Source of the DNA: Chrysomallon squamiferum
Lineage: Eukaryota; Animalia; Mollusca
Length of the DNA: 64,000 bases
Direction: 5' to 3'
Assembly: GCA_012295275.1 (NCBI GenBank)
Contig: CM022670.1
Span: forward strand, 41,974,001 to 42,038,000
The translations under genes and the position numbers were made by a program. Below the pieces are notes generated by a model. That model was not told the origin of the DNA. It searched no databases and worked only from the letters and a program-made list of their open reading frames with translations. This document shows positions 27,736 through 43,317 of the stretch, piece after piece; within the stretch, counting starts at the first letter, position 1; the number at the start of each line of letters is the position of its first letter.

Positions 27736-30700
27736 TAATTAATTAATTAATAAATAATAAAATAAATAAATAAATAAATAAAAATAAGTTAAAATTTAAA
27801 AAAAAAACCCAAAAACAAACAAGAAGATATCCCGTTAAATATAAACAAATGCAAATAATACACATTAAAATGTGTTTCGTAAAATTTATTTTTTATTGTG
27901 AATAAAAGAACAACACGTATAATTTGAGCAGTGAATATCTTTATAATCCAAAACACTTCGTCACATTTATCTAGTTCAAATAATTCTACGTTCGTCCGAC
28001 TATCCATCAATTAGTCCGTTAATTAATCCTTTTCTCAAAACATCTTTTTAGTTTTGCATTTTACTCTCTTTCTTTTTTCTTTTCTTTTCTTTTGGGTGGG
28101 GGAGTGTGAACTTAGTAAGACTACTTCATCAGATTTCGTCTTTTAAAAATGAACGCTAGAAAATAATTCCTCGGTGACTGGTTTCATTTTGTGTGAGTTT
28201 TGAAAAATTCTCAACGTGTTTATCTAGCCTTGTCTCAGATCACGTGCGTATTAAATATGTGTATGTGGACGTACGGGCGTGCACGGAGGTTTATAAGTGT
28301 TATTACACAGCGGCGACATGCAGTGTGCGTGTAGATAATGGAATTTAACGACTGTGTCCCGCGCGCTGGTAGAAGCGTACACCTGATGCTCGTCACAAAC
28401 TGCGAGTGCGTCTTGTAAGGCTGTAATTAGTTATGGCAAAGCAAAACGAGGAGAAAAGTTGAAACCCGAGAAGCGAGTTGTATTGATTTCCGCCACTTGC
28501 TAATGAGAGCACCGCGCTATCCAATCCCACGTTTTGCTGTCGGCACAAATCGCAGCCCAACACCGGAATTCTTCACGTTAATGGTCGCTTTTAACTTCTT
28601 CTTTTCCCTGCTGCTCGCGCGCTTTTCGCGTGACCCACGCCGGTCAGGAGCCCGTGCAAAAGTGGACATCGAATTAAGTCCAGTCTGTGGTGACCGGATG
28701 CTCCTGATGGCGGATATTAAAGAGTTGGGTCCCGGATCTTTTTTTAGGGGAAACTAATTACACTGAACACACGAAGTTCTTTTTACTTAGTTACCAGCAC
28801 TCGACAGAACTAATTAGTTTTCTAATAGCTTCTTTCTAAAAAACTGAAATATCTTACAACGTTTTGTAAGTACTCAGTGCTTTCACCGAGGACGGGTGAT
28901 CGATTCCACTGCACTGTCTTGTTTTCCAGTATTGATATTTTAGTAAACCACAAATGTTAGGTTTAGAACTGAAAAAGTTATTAACAGTGTAAATACATGT
29001 GTTTGTATGTGTGTGCAGGCCTTTGACCGCTGTCAGAGCCGGAAAAAGAACAAGACAGGCAATCCGCTCCTATATAACTTTAATTCTTTAATTATTTTGA
29101 TATATATATATATATTACGTTACACTAATTAGTTAATGAAAAATTTAAATAATTTCATATGAAATATACCATGAAACTGTTATATAATAATTAAAATCAG
29201 GCAAACAATATTTTTATCTATATTTTTTTTTTCAATCTAAAAGCAAATATTTAAGTTATGAATTGTTATAATATTTTGATAATTATATTTATGAATTTGA
29301 AAGAATATTTGGTCTATTGTTTTTTGGGGGGGGGATTTGCAGACAATATATTTAGACAATTATTTTTGTAAACAGTTATGTTTCCGATTGGTGAAAGAAA
29401 GAAATAAAGAAATAAAAAGCAAACAACAGGAACAGACAGATGGTAGAACTGCCAGGATGACACAGACTGACGGACGGGTGGACATAATATTAAAAACATC
29501 TAATTTCAGTGATGTACGTGTTTGTTAAATCTAAATTTTATGTGTTTTTTCTGCTACATCGACTTTCTAGAAATAGAGATTAACCTTTACGCCAGGCAAG
29601 TTAGACATCTCGGCACCTTACAACTTATTATTATTTTTTTTTCATCTTCCTTGCTAAGCGCAGTCCTCTGTGTGGCTGACGTCGCAAAGAACGACCACAC
29701 TGCGTCCCCAGTGGCAACGGCTCATTGCAGTGCGGAAGTTGAAAGCATTGATCAGCTTGGAAGAGAAAATACCAACAAATTGCTGAAGAAAGCTCGGCGG
29801 AATTATTATGTGCCATCCACCATGTTGCTAGCTGGGACAGCTATCAGAAGGAAGCCTGGAGCAAGAAGCAGGACTTGCCCAAGTCGAATTACACGTTGGT
29901 CGAATTAGACGCAGCATTAGAAGTAACGCATGAGACCAGCTTTCCACAGAGTGCATTTCCTAGTGAAACGCGACCGCACAAAATCACTACTCCTTAATGT
30001 CGCTGGCGCTAATTTCTAAGCAGACGACAGCAGCTTGGCGGCAAATCGTGATTCTAGGTGCGTAATAACCGCCATCCCAACCTCGGTTATTACGTAACGG
30101 ATGGAAGATATTATGTGTTATTTCCCCACAGTGAACGTCGTTAACACAGGGACGTCGTCGAGGAGTTACAACACTTCTGTAAAAATAAATATGTTGATAT
30201 TTTATAACAGCAAATAAATAAAATCTAGATAATAAATGTAAAAAAAAATTGTAAATAAATTATTTAATGGGATATATTTTTACCTATCATTTAATGAAAT
30301 TATATAAAAATAAATATATATGATCACCGACATTATGGTATAAGTGAACATCTTCCACATTACGAATTTCATAAATCTTCAGAATTCTATCACTCTTTGC
30401 GTACTGAATAAGGGAAAAACTAAGAATCTCAACTGAAAGTATTTTTAAAAATCCGTAATTTGTTTTTCTTATCCTTTTTACTCAAGGACTGTATAATGTC
30501 CATTTATAATAATAAATTTATAATTTTATGTGCGCTGAATGTGAACCCAGTTTATAATATACTGCTGTTTCTGTGTTTCTTGTTTTTTAAGAAGTAATAT
30601 TTCACACAGTAATAATTTGCAGGAGACAAAATATTTGAAATGAGACAAAGAGATCGATAGAGAGACCAGTCGGTAACTGTCAGCTAAAAACTTCGGTTCA

Positions 30701-31335
30701 AAAAATATTAATAAGAAGAAAATTGATACATTTGAAATCGCGTAGACTGAAAAAATCAAAATAAAACGACAATTCATTGACAGCAGAGTTGACAAATAAG
30801 AAAATCAAAACTGATGTTTGTATTCAAATAAGAAAATAAGAACTGATGTTTGTATTCAAATAAGAAAATAAGAACTGATGTTTTTATACATCATATGTAA
30901 TGTGGTCAACTGAACACGAATAAAAGACGAGTAAAAACATTATTTGTTGTATGAAATGTCAAAACATTTTAATATTAACTGCTGTGTCTATCTTGTCTAC
31001 TAACAGAGAAGAAACTCGCTTTGACTGATGAACTGGTAGAAAGTCATTTTTTTTCTCACTTCCGTTTGTCTGACTGGAGAGAGACTCACACAAGAGTTTG
31101 GTGTCACTGAGAAAGTTGTCACAACATCTCAACTCGAGACAGCTGCAGAGAAAGATTATTTTATTTGACCTAACTTGGCTTGTCTCTATTTTATGTGTAA
31201 CATTGTTGTGCTCATATTTTGTATTTGTTTATGTTCATGTGTGTTAGATTCAGTTGCATTTAGTGAATGTCAGACATAAACACCCTGAATGTGTTGAAAC
31301 AATGAATCAGCCATAACTGAATGTCATGACAAACT

Positions 31336-31366
<31 letters not shown>

Positions 31367-32230
31367 ACATCTTCAAAAATACACGTTAGTATAAAACTAG
31401 ATGTTATAAAACACTAGTATATAAATATACATACAGACAGGAACACACAAACAAACACGAATAACAAAAAAAACAACAACAACAACAACAATAATAATAA
31501 TAATAATAATATGCAATACACAGTATGTAAAAAACAAACATGGAGAACACGCATGTGTCACGCAATAAAGGAAGACGACAATAAAATATCTGTGTTTGTT
31601 ATAAAATATCTGTGTTTGTTATAAAATTACTTGTGTTTGATGACTGCACACAAAACATTTTATTTCTGCTCTTTGAAAACAATCTCCCAGACGTCTTGAA
31701 AGAAAAACTCACTGATTGATTTTAGATGAAGTCTCGAAAGAAAAAATTCCTTCCATCAATGGCAATATATTTGACATGGATAGCGACACAGTGATTAAAA
31801 AAAACCTAAAAAAAAACATACATTGAAGCTTTCACTGTCGTAACCGGTGCCAGAAACGAAACTCACGCGCACTGCCTCACTCGAGGGTCGGCAAATTGAA
31901 TAATTTGCACACAGACATTAGAAAAACAGAGAATTATTAATGTGTGTTTTCATTCCCTAGTCGGCCATTATCAGCGGCGAAATCTCTGAAAGAATTTATC
32001 AAATTGTGTCGTTTGTGTGCACCACGATTTAAATTACAAAGAACGTTCGTATGAAATGTTTTAACACTGATTGAACAAAGAGAGAAAGACAAAAAAAGAG
32101 AAAGTTCATATTATATATTAACTTTTTCATTGGCATCTTTCTGTTTCATATCTTTAAAATAAACATACTTTAATTACTTTCTGGTTTTTTATTTATGTTG
32201 TTGCTTATTTATTTGTTAATTTATTTATTA

Positions 32231-32288
<58 letters not shown>

Positions 32289-32932
32289 GCTTTTGTAATT
32301 AAATAAATATTCAGAAATTGAAATCTATAATAATATTAATAAATATAATGATATTAATAAACTAGAATATAAGAAAGAATCACAACACACACACACACAC
32401 ACACATTTGTATACGGTGTTCTTTGCATTATAAATTAAGGTAGATAGCGATATTAAAATAAAATAAATTAAAATTAAAATTAAGAAAGAAATTTATTTGC
32501 ATCACGAATTTATTTTTAACATTTATATTTTTTATTTTTTATTTTAATTCTTATTCTTTTTCTTCGACCTTCATCATCATCATCATCAGTAGCAGCAGCA
32601 GCAGCAATAGTAGTAGTAGTATTAGTTGTCGTTGATATTGTGGTAGTGGTAGTAAATGGTAATACTAGTAACTATAGTTGTAGTAGTAGTAGAGTAGCAG
32701 TAGCAGCAGTAGTAGTAGTAGTAGTAATGTACTAACAGCAGTTTGCAGTACTAAAAAGCTGTGTTTGTAAAAAAGGTGGCAATAATGTATAGCACAATAC
32801 GTACAGTAAATCTGTGTTTGTTACAGTCTATGTAAGAAGGAACTAGTCACACTAACAGTTAGATTAGAGTTGTGTTTTATGTCACTGTCATCTGTCATCA
32901 CAAATACTGTACACAGATGTTTTAACTTTGTA

Positions 32933-33034
<102 letters not shown>

Positions 33035-33285
33035 GATTTCAAGCTGGTTATGAAAGGCTTCTGTAAAAGATAAATCATATTTCAGTTACTCTGATTTATT
33101 TATTTCTCACTTCTCTGGCTTCGGTCAGTGTCGTCGAATTATATCTGTGCGGTGACGTGGCATTAACAAACAGTTTTCTCTTAGTGTGATTTCTATTGCT
33201 AGTTTAAAAAAACAATTAAATATTATACCTTGTACGAATTTTTGTGTTCTGTTTAGGCGGCATAAGGGGTTGCGTGTGTATACTT

Positions 33286-33360
<75 letters not shown>

Positions 33361-33707
33361 TTTTTGTTTTGTTTACGTATTTAATGAAGATTCTGTTATA
33401 GACTATATTCTCTGCTTTGTGGTGATTGTATTAATAACCGGACAACAGACCAATACCCTGTCAGACACCAATTTACGTCTGTACAATTTGTTACGTAAGC
33501 AGTATGAATACCTGATAGCCGATACCAGCTTTACCTGGTGAAATCTACGTGATGGGTCAGTTCACCTGTACACACAACATATTATCATGTTCAAACAACA
33601 AGCAGATTATTGATTAATTCCTTACAGCGAGCAGCTCGGATATCCAATATGTGATAATCATGTTAATTACATACCAGCGAGAGACGGAGAGAAAGAAACT
33701 GAGAGAG

Positions 33708-33711
<4 letters not shown>

Positions 33712-33799
<88 letters not shown>
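33712..33799. repeat. (GA)n microsatellite
   Basis: Visible run. Confidence 0.97.
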
Positions 33800-33801
<2 letters not shown>

Positions 33802-34232
33802 TCTATACTGTTTTGAAGTTAAAATCTACGTGAGACACGTTTCTCTAATCACAGTGATTTTAGCAAAGTTCATCGTCCACACAGTGTTATTTTCACAGTG
33901 TCTGTTCTACGTAAAACAATTCTTGTAGAGGATCTGAAAATTATTTAGCTGATTATTTAATTTCAGTTTTCATTCCTGTGTTTCACTATACAAGCAGTAG
34001 TCACGTGATCTCAGCGCCCACGATAAAAACTCTTCTCATGAATTTCATCTTGAATTTATCTCCACATCCAGTGTCGACCTCGTTTTACTTCTGAAATATT
34101 TCACATATACCTGAACAAATAAACAAACAAATTAATAAACAAATTAATAAATAAAATAATAATAAAACTAATTATAATAATAATAATAACAATAATAAAA
34201 ATAAAATAATAATAATAATAATAATAATAAAA

Positions 34233-34286
<54 letters not shown>

Positions 34287-35413
34287 TACAAAGTATGAAT
34301 TATAATTTTTTAAACTAGAATAAGAAACATAACTCTTGTAAGTTATAACTTCTTGAATATAATTATGACAGTGAAATAATTTTTTCTGTTTTTTTTCTTT
34401 CGTGGTTGCTGTTGATTTATGTCTAATATAAGTTTCATAGTTTATTTTTTTTAATTTAATTTTATCATTTTAGAATATGTGTTGTTTTTTAATAGCAATT
34501 CAAAGATACTTCCATTCTGTTACAAACAGTAGCAATACACCATTTATAATACAACGCACACAAACATAAATAAATAAATAAATAACTTTTTCATCAATTT
34601 ATATATTTTTTTTTTTTTTTTTTTTTTCTGTTGTTCTTTCATTCTTTTTTTTTTTATTGTTATTTTTTTTTTAAAAGCCTCTGAATGTAAAATAGAAACT
34701 TTATGCACAATTAAAACTAGATTTGTTTTATATTTTCCTAAAAATTAAAATATACATACTTTTTTATCCACTCGTGCATGTCAAGAATCAAATTCCTATT
34801 GGTTGTTTCTTTACTTGGTTAAAACACGTTTACTAAATTGTATTTAAAATACGTGTGTATGAAAAGTATGTAACAAGATCTGATCTCATTTATAATTCTG
34901 TGTTTAAGGTATCTACCTGGTTACTACAGCGACATCGTCTTAATACAGCTGATTGTAGAGGACGGCCTCTTGTTTGACAGATAACAATATCGTGTGTCTT
35001 ATCTTCTCGTGGCCTCCATTAAGCACAGATTGAAAAAGTTAATAGAGTCTACCAGAATTAGTGATCATTATCGTTACAAGGCAAAATGCACAAAACTTCC
35101 TCGTTTGAAAATGAAGAATCAATTTACAATTACGATGGGAGATCTACATAAAACAAGCCGCGATCACATCAAAGCAGGGTCAGACTGAAATACACAGTAT
35201 GTCAGTTTCTTCTCTCAGCAAACTGAAATTAAATGTAACACTGACTGTCTTCCTTGATGTCACGTGTCACAGGTAAAAATCTACGTTTAATTAATTTTCA
35301 GATAGTGAAATGCTTCTTGTATGTAGTTTCTTTCCTTCAGTTCTGTTTTTTTATTAAATGGTTATGTCAATATCTCTACCCATTAGTCACACACAAGTCA
35401 GTCAGTCCATCCG

Positions 35414-35494
<81 letters not shown>

Positions 35495-35680
35495 GTAACT
35501 ATCTACCTATCTATCCATCTATCAATCTATCTATCCATCTATCAATCTATCTATCTATCTATATAACTATCTATTTATCTATCTGTCTATCTATATCTAT
35601 TTATCTTTCTATCAATCTATCTATCTATCTATCTATCTATCTATATAACTATCTATTTATCTATCTGTCTGTCTGTCTGT
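35414..35680. repeat. (TCTA)n microsatellite
   Basis: Visible; source of the IYLS-repeat ORF. Confidence 0.95.
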
Positions 35681-36047
35681 CTGTCATCTGCTTGTCTGTC
35701 TCTCTGTCTTTTTCTATCTACCTATATTTATCTATTTCTGTCTGTCTCTCTAATTCTGGGTGATTGCCATCTATAATCTGTTTATTTATTTATTTATTTA
35801 TTTATTTTTTTTTAATTTTATTATCTGTTTGCTTGTTGTTGTTTTTTTGTGTGTTTTTTCAGTTGATTATATGGTTGTATGTTTATTTATTTGTTTACTT
35901 GGTTGTTTGTTTATGTGTTTGTGGTAAATCATCTTTCACATCCACCAGTCAGACCACTATTTGTCGCTGTTAGTGATTTCTGTGTTTATTAAATTATAAT
36001 TAGCTTCTTTTTTTTAGAAATCCATAGATCTGGTCGGTGTTTTTTGT

Positions 36048-36061
36048 GTTACCATGGAAAC
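36048..36061. promoter_or_regulatory. RFX X-box GTTACCATGGAAAC
   Basis: 14-bp near-palindromic X-box. Confidence 0.5.
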
Positions 36062-36105
36062 ACTTGGGAAGAAGCCTTGGAACGTGAACTGGTTAACTAA
36101 ACGCG

Positions 36106-36192
36106 TAGCGATCTGCAGCATCGTTCTGTACACAGCTGTGTCTTAGTAACAACATGGAGGTAGTCTCGAATAGACGATGCATACTTTAATCA

Positions 36193-36275
<83 letters not shown>

Positions 36276-36441
36276 ATATATATATATATATATAGCGATC
36301 TGCAGCATCGTTCTGTACACAGCTGTCTTAGTAACAACATGGAGGTAGTCTTTTATACTAACAACATGGAGGTAGTCAGCATCGTTCTGTAATAGACGTC
36401 TTAGTGGAGGTAGTCTTTAATAGAGACTGCATAATTAATCA

Positions 36442-36526
<85 letters not shown>

Positions 36527-36652
36527 ATATATATATATATATATAGCGATCTGCAGCATCGTTCTGTACACAGCTGTGTCTTAGTAACAACCTGGAGGTA
36601 GTCTCGAATAGACGATGCATACTTTAATCATTCCTCTCTCTCTCTCTCTCTA
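36106..36652. repeat. triplicated ~190-250 bp unit (TAGCGATCTGCAGCATCG...TTAATCATTC(CT)n(TA)n)
   Basis: Units start at 36106, 36293 and 36544. Confidence 0.9.
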
Positions 36653-36657
36653 TCATA

Positions 36658-36895
36658 TATAGATAGATAGATAGACAGACAAACAGATAGATAGATGGAT
36701 GGATGGATAGATAGATAGATAGATAGATAGATAGTTAGATAGAGAGATAGATAGATAGATACATAGATGGATGGATAGCTAGATAGATAGATAGATTGAT
36801 AGACAGATAGTTAGATAAATAGATAAATAGATACACGTATAGATATAGATTAATGAGTACAGGTGTATGTATGTATGTATGTATGTATGTATGTG
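36658..36895. repeat. (GATA)n / (GTAT)n microsatellites
   Basis: Visible runs. Confidence 0.93.
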
Positions 36896-37159
36896 AGAGA
36901 TGTAAGTAAGAGAATTATATGTGTAAGTTTACTTCCCGGTGTAGCAGACTCTGAGAGATAAGGAATTGTCTGAAATAAATGTCTTTAATTAGCTATCCAT
37001 TTTGTGTGCGTCTCGCGCGTCCTATTGATCCGCGAGATGGAAACGCACCTGCAGAGTCCGCAATTCAAATCATCTCTGCTTATTTTCTGTAGTCAGAAAT
37101 CTTTACTCCTCTTATCCGCCCGCGTTAGGACAAAGAGCCGAGGAGCGCGCGCGCGGGCC

Positions 37160-37174
37160 GGACCAGGTGGCGCT
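37160..37174 (+). promoter_or_regulatory. candidate CTCF site GGACCAGGTGGCGCT
   Basis: Core CCAGGTGGCGC match, in a very GC-rich non-coding patch. Confidence 0.45.
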
Positions 37175-37471
37175 GCCCAGCAGAAGATCCATTCCTCCAA
37201 CACAAGTTCAATCAAGAGAGATTTCTAGGAAGAATTAAAAAAATCGAGTATTCTTCAAGTAAATGTCGGATTGATGTATGAAACATAAGCCGTGGTGTTG
37301 TTGAATTCATCGATTGCGGAGCAGACTTCGCTAATACAAAACATATGCTTTTTTATTTGATTTAAGCGGCAGCAAAATAGCTAATCACAGACGAGACAGG
37401 TCGCACGTGCTGTGATATGCAAATTGTCGTGATGTCGTCTGCTGGTTAGTGTCGCTCTTTGCAGTTCGGAG

Positions 37472-38843
37472 TCAGACTGTCTGTTAAATGTGACTTCTGT
37501 GTGTAACTGTTGTTTTAAACGTGAGAGTTCAGACTGTCTGTTAAATGTGACTTCTGTGTGTAACTGTTGTTTTAAACGTGAGAGTTCAGACTGTTAAATG
37601 TGACTTCTGTGTGTAACTGTAGTTTTAAACGTGAGAGTTCAGACTGTCTGTTAAATGTGACTTCTGTATGTAACTGTTGTTTTAAACGTGAGAGTTCAGA
37701 CTGTTAAATGTGACTTCTGTGTGTAACTGTTGTTTTAAACGTGAGAGTTCAGCCTGTCTGTTAAATGTGACTTCTGTGTGTAACTGTTGTTTTAAACGTG
37801 AGACTTCAGCCTGTCTATTAAATGTGACTTCTGTGTGTAACTGTTGTTTTAAACGTGAGACTTCAGCCTGTCTGTTAAATGTGACTTCTGTATGTAACTG
37901 TTGTTTTAAACGTGAGAGTTCAGACTGTCTGTTAAATGTGACTTCTGTATGTAACTGTTGTTTTAAACGTGAGAGTTCAGACTGTTAAATGTGACTTCTG
38001 TGTGTAACTGTAGTTTTAAACGTGAGAGTTCAGCCTGTCTGTTAAATGTGACTTCTGTGTGTAACTGTTGTTTTAAACGTGAGACTTCAGCCTGTCTATT
38101 AAATGTGACTTCTGTGTGTAACTGTTGTTTTAAACGTGAGACTTCAGCCTGTCTGTTAAATGTGACTTCTGTGTGTAACTGTTGTTTTAAACGTGAGACT
38201 TCAGCCTGTCTGTTAAATGTGACTTCTGTGTGTAACTGTTGGTTTAAACGTGAGACTTCAGACTGTCTGTTAAATGTGACTTTTGTGTGTAACTGTTGTT
38301 TTAAACGTGAGAGTTCAGACTGTTAAATGTGACTTCTGTATGTAACTGTTGTTTTAAACGTGAGAGTTCAGCCTGTCTGTTAAATATGACTTCTGTGTGT
38401 AACTGTTGTTTTAAACGTGAGAGTTCAGACTGTCTGTTAAATGTGACTTCTGTGTGTAACTGTTGTTTTAAACGTGAGAGTTCAGACTGTTAAATGTGAC
38501 TTCTGTGTGTAACTGTTGTTTTAAACGTGAGAGTTCAGACTGTTAAATGTGTCTGTGTGTGTAACTGTAGTTTTAAACGTGAGAGTTCAGCCTGTCTGTT
38601 AAATGTGACTTCTGTGTGTAACTGTTGTTTTAAACGTGTTGTTAAATGTTTAAACTGTTGTTTTAAACGTGAGAGTTCAGACTATCTGTTAAATGTGCTT
38701 CTGTGTGTAACTGTTGTTTTAAACATGAGAGTTCAGACTGTTAAATGTGACTTCTGTATGTAACTGTTGTTTTAAACGTGAGACTTCACACTGTTAAATG
38801 TGACTTCTGTGTGTAACTGTTGGTTTTAAACGTGAGAGTTCAT
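37472..38843. repeat. 57/53 bp minisatellite (CAGACTGTCTGTTAAATGTGACTTCTGTGTGTAACTGTTGTTTTAAACGTGAGAGTT), ~24 copies
   Basis: Homogeneous array; 4-bp deletion variants shift frame, producing the Cys-rich pseudo-ORFs. Confidence 0.97.
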
Positions 38844-39283
38844 TCAAGAAATTCTAATTCTTCTGTTTTAAATTTATTAGTTCAATAGAGAAGATTTAAT
38901 TATATTTTAAATGTTTAATTTTGTCATATATATTTGTAAATTTAACATGTTTGTATAATTTTGTCTAATTTTATTAATTCTTTTTTTTAATTACGTGATT
39001 TTATTTTTTCCATTCTTGAATTTTAATTATATTATTTTATTATCTGCCTCAGTTTCAATAGATTTTTACTCGTTTATTTTATTTTAAACAAGTGTAAAAA
39101 TAACATCACATACCTAACAGTTTTTAACTAAATAATAATATATATTAACTTGTTTAAGATGTGTTCTAATTTGTTTTAATTAAATAGAAGTACATAAAAA
39201 CGTTTCAGATTATAATCAGTTTTATAAAAATACTAATATAATATAATAGTTGTGGTAGTAGTAGTAATAACAGTAATTGTAAT

Positions 39284-39346
<63 letters not shown>

Positions 39347-40808
39347 GTAAGAAGAAGAAGAAGAAGAAGAGAATGATGATAATGATGATGATGAAATAAC
39401 GAAAAAATGTTGGTGAAATCTCGAATTATAACGCAAATATCAGATTAAAAACGTGAAGAAATGTGGACTGAAGTCCCTATTAGAGGCCCAAATGGGTCCT
39501 GGGCCCTGAAGCTTAAGCTTTACTAATTTTATAACAGATTCACCCTTGTCTACTCTGTAACAGTAACATGTAGAACTGTGCAGTTTTCAGACATCTTTGT
39601 GGTCATAAAATCTACGATCAAAATTAACGTGTATACAATAATACACAATTTATTTAAACTCCATCGTTTTATATATATATATATACTTCAAGATTAGTCC
39701 ATAAACATAAGGCAGATGAAATTCAGCAAAACGTTATCAAGATTAAAGTACAATTTAGAGTTCTTCGTGTTGCTGTTTGTTACACAAACTGATACACCAA
39801 TGATACACTGACAGAACCTATACACAGACAAAGATTCTTGTGTTCACTATGTTGAAATTTTGTCTTTCAAAAACAAAGTCGTTGTAAACGATACAAAAGA
39901 TGTTTCATCAACGTTGACTAAAAGTGTTTAGTTATGTGTTATCAGTAACAACATGTTTCCGTGTAGGTAATTTATAAAGCGAGGTAACGTGAAACACACA
40001 TACTTTCTGCTCTCTATTGATTTGCTTTCATCACGATTTGTCATAGGTAGTACAGTTTGATGAATTGATCACCGTCGTAGCGGACTCCATGTCGTTGTAA
40101 AACATAAAATACGACCACGTACAGCAATGGTTAATGAGTTTTTGAAAACGTCAACTATACAGAAGAGTTTCTGTATGTATTTAGTGACCAGTGACGTCAC
40201 TCTCACAGTTATCAGTAAAAACACGATTCTTACTGACACACGCACGTATTCTACAACCATACATACACAGACCACACGCACAGAAAAACAGACAGAGAGA
40301 AATATGTACCACCATGAACAAACACAAAGCATGTTATATTTACGTGTTATATTTAATATTACAAGTGTTAGAAAAAACACAATTCAATTTATTTTATACC
40401 GCTTCACTGACGTTTGTCATTTAAACAACAAAACTATTTTCACATTTAACGGAATTGTGATGTGACTATGAAACGAGTGGAAACATTCCTTAAGGCGACA
40501 ATCACGTCATATCTGCCCGAAAACATCTCCAAACACAATAGACAGACAAAACTGACACATTTGGCTGAAAAAGAGCGACACTAATTTTTGAAATTTAATT
40601 CTTGACTAAGTTCAACTTTGTCACACCTGGCGTCTTAGTTTGGCGCGATATAAGATTAGGAAAAACATCAAACTGACTGTAATTTAATGAATTAATTACA
40701 GCGAGCGTTTCCAGCACTTAATACTCTCTTTAACTTAATCTCCGCTTCGTAAACACAGCGATGTACCGGGACTTGAACTCGTCTCTTTTCTTCTTACGTC
40801 AGTGTGTG

Positions 40809-40860
<52 letters not shown>

Positions 40861-42110
40861 CGTGTGTGTGTGTGTGTGTGTTATGTTGTATGTGTTTTAA
40901 GCTGGGGGTTTTCATATTTTATGGTTGTATGTGTTTATTTTTACGTGTATTAAGCTGTTTTTCATATGTTGTTACATTGTATATATTTATGTGTTTTTTT
41001 TTTATGTTTTTACTTTCTATTTTAAATATTAATTATAAAGCTAATTCTTTCGGATTAAACTAGATTTTATTAAACTATCAACATAAACATTTAAACATCT
41101 AATTATATATATTTATTTATTTATTTATTATTTAGTTATAAAATAATCTGGCTCAGTATGCAAAATTCAATGTCGCCGATACAGAGCAGTATAGAACTAT
41201 TAACTATTTTATTTCTTCATCATATTGCATTTATGTAGAATTTTTGTATAATGCCAATTGAATAAAATTGTATTTATTATCAACTGGAAACATTTTAACT
41301 TGTGAGTGTATTTTAACAGTTGATCCATTACTTTACTTCCCGATCTAATCAGAACCTCACCAACTGTTTATCAAAGGTTTTCCTGTCTGCTTTACTTCTG
41401 TGTGTATAAAACAGATTTTCTTAATAATCAGAAAGTACACTCGGGTTTCCTATCTGTTATCATGACAATCTTAGAAACATTTCAAAAATATTTTCGAAGA
41501 TGAAATAACCATTTATTCAGTGGTTATTTTTTAAATTATTATTATTAATTCAAATGGAATTCTGTTCTACAAGGTCCGTTTACCAATGATAACTTACAGT
41601 TCCAGCTTACAAAATAAAATAAAATGAAATCTAGGTTCATTACGATAAACCTACATTTTCATTGTTTAATATTTAATACAGTATAGTAAAATGTAAAACA
41701 GCACAGCATAACATAGCATAGTAAAGTATACAGCGGTACGGCATAATACATTATAATATAGAGAGAGAGAGAGCACAGTATAGTACAGTATTGTATGGTA
41801 TGGTACAGTTTGGTATGGTATAATATAATATAAAGTATAATATAATATAATATAATGTAGTGTAATACAACTTGATATAATTTAATATATTATAATATAT
41901 TAATTATGTTTCAAAATCTACACAATGAAAAGTGTTCTACGTGTAACCAGAGAACAGTTACGCGTGTGACGTCAGGTGAAGTTGTGTTGCTAGACTGCAG
42001 GTCGCAGACAGCTGAGTTAGAGTGCAGGTGACATTCAGCGTAACATTTTCTGTTATTTATTAAACCTCAGTTTTAAATGTAATTTCAAAAGTAAAGAAAA
42101 CTAGTTCATT

Positions 42111-42505
<395 letters not shown>

Positions 42506-43317
42506 GAGTATGGTTAACAGTGTGCTGTGGGTTTTGAGGTAATTCTTTATAATAACGTTTTTCTTTTTGTTTTATAATATTTCTTGTGTAAGTTATGTTT
42601 GTGTATATATTTATGCTTTTATGAATGTATACTGCATAAATAAGGTTTCAGTTTTGTTTAATTATTCTTTATAACGTGGTTCTGTTTTGTTTAATTATTC
42701 TTTATAACGTGGTTCAGTTTTGTGTAGCAAAACTTCACAACGCCGAAGCCAAATGATAAAATTTCAAATCAAGTTTTATTACGGGCAGGGAGAAGATGAG
42801 CCTAGAATAAGTATGAAAGCAGATTGTAAGATTTCTTTTATCTCAGACAAGTTTCTCCAATGTGACAAGGCGAGTGAATGAAAATCTGTTATCGACATCT
42901 CAGTGAATTAAGTGTTTTTAAAACGTAATAAGAATATTAGATGTAACGTGACGAAGAACATTTTCAAACACGGTTCACGTTAGTTAAGTTCAGTTTCTGA
43001 TATCATATTTATGTAAGGATTTAGTATTTTAATTGTTAGCTTGTATAAATTATTAAAAGTTCTTCTTTTGTTTATTTGTTTGATTTTTGTTCATTTATTG
43101 TTAGCAATTATTAAACATAATGTATGTGTGTGTAGGCATGTATGGATAAGACACACCATACGCACATACACTCGCTTATATTTATGTTGCAAGTCAACAC
43201 ATACCTGCACGATTACCATTGCGAACAAGTAAATGTACGATTTTTAATTTTTTATTCTCTGTGAAGAAAACCAATTTATTGATGTTTATCTGATAACATC
43301 TTGATATGATCACAGGC

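Noticed and set aside
37710-38763. Cys-rich repeat protein (metallothionein- or keratin-associated-like)
   Set aside because: 57-bp minisatellite repeatedly frameshifted by 53-bp variants; non-ATG starts; no splice support.
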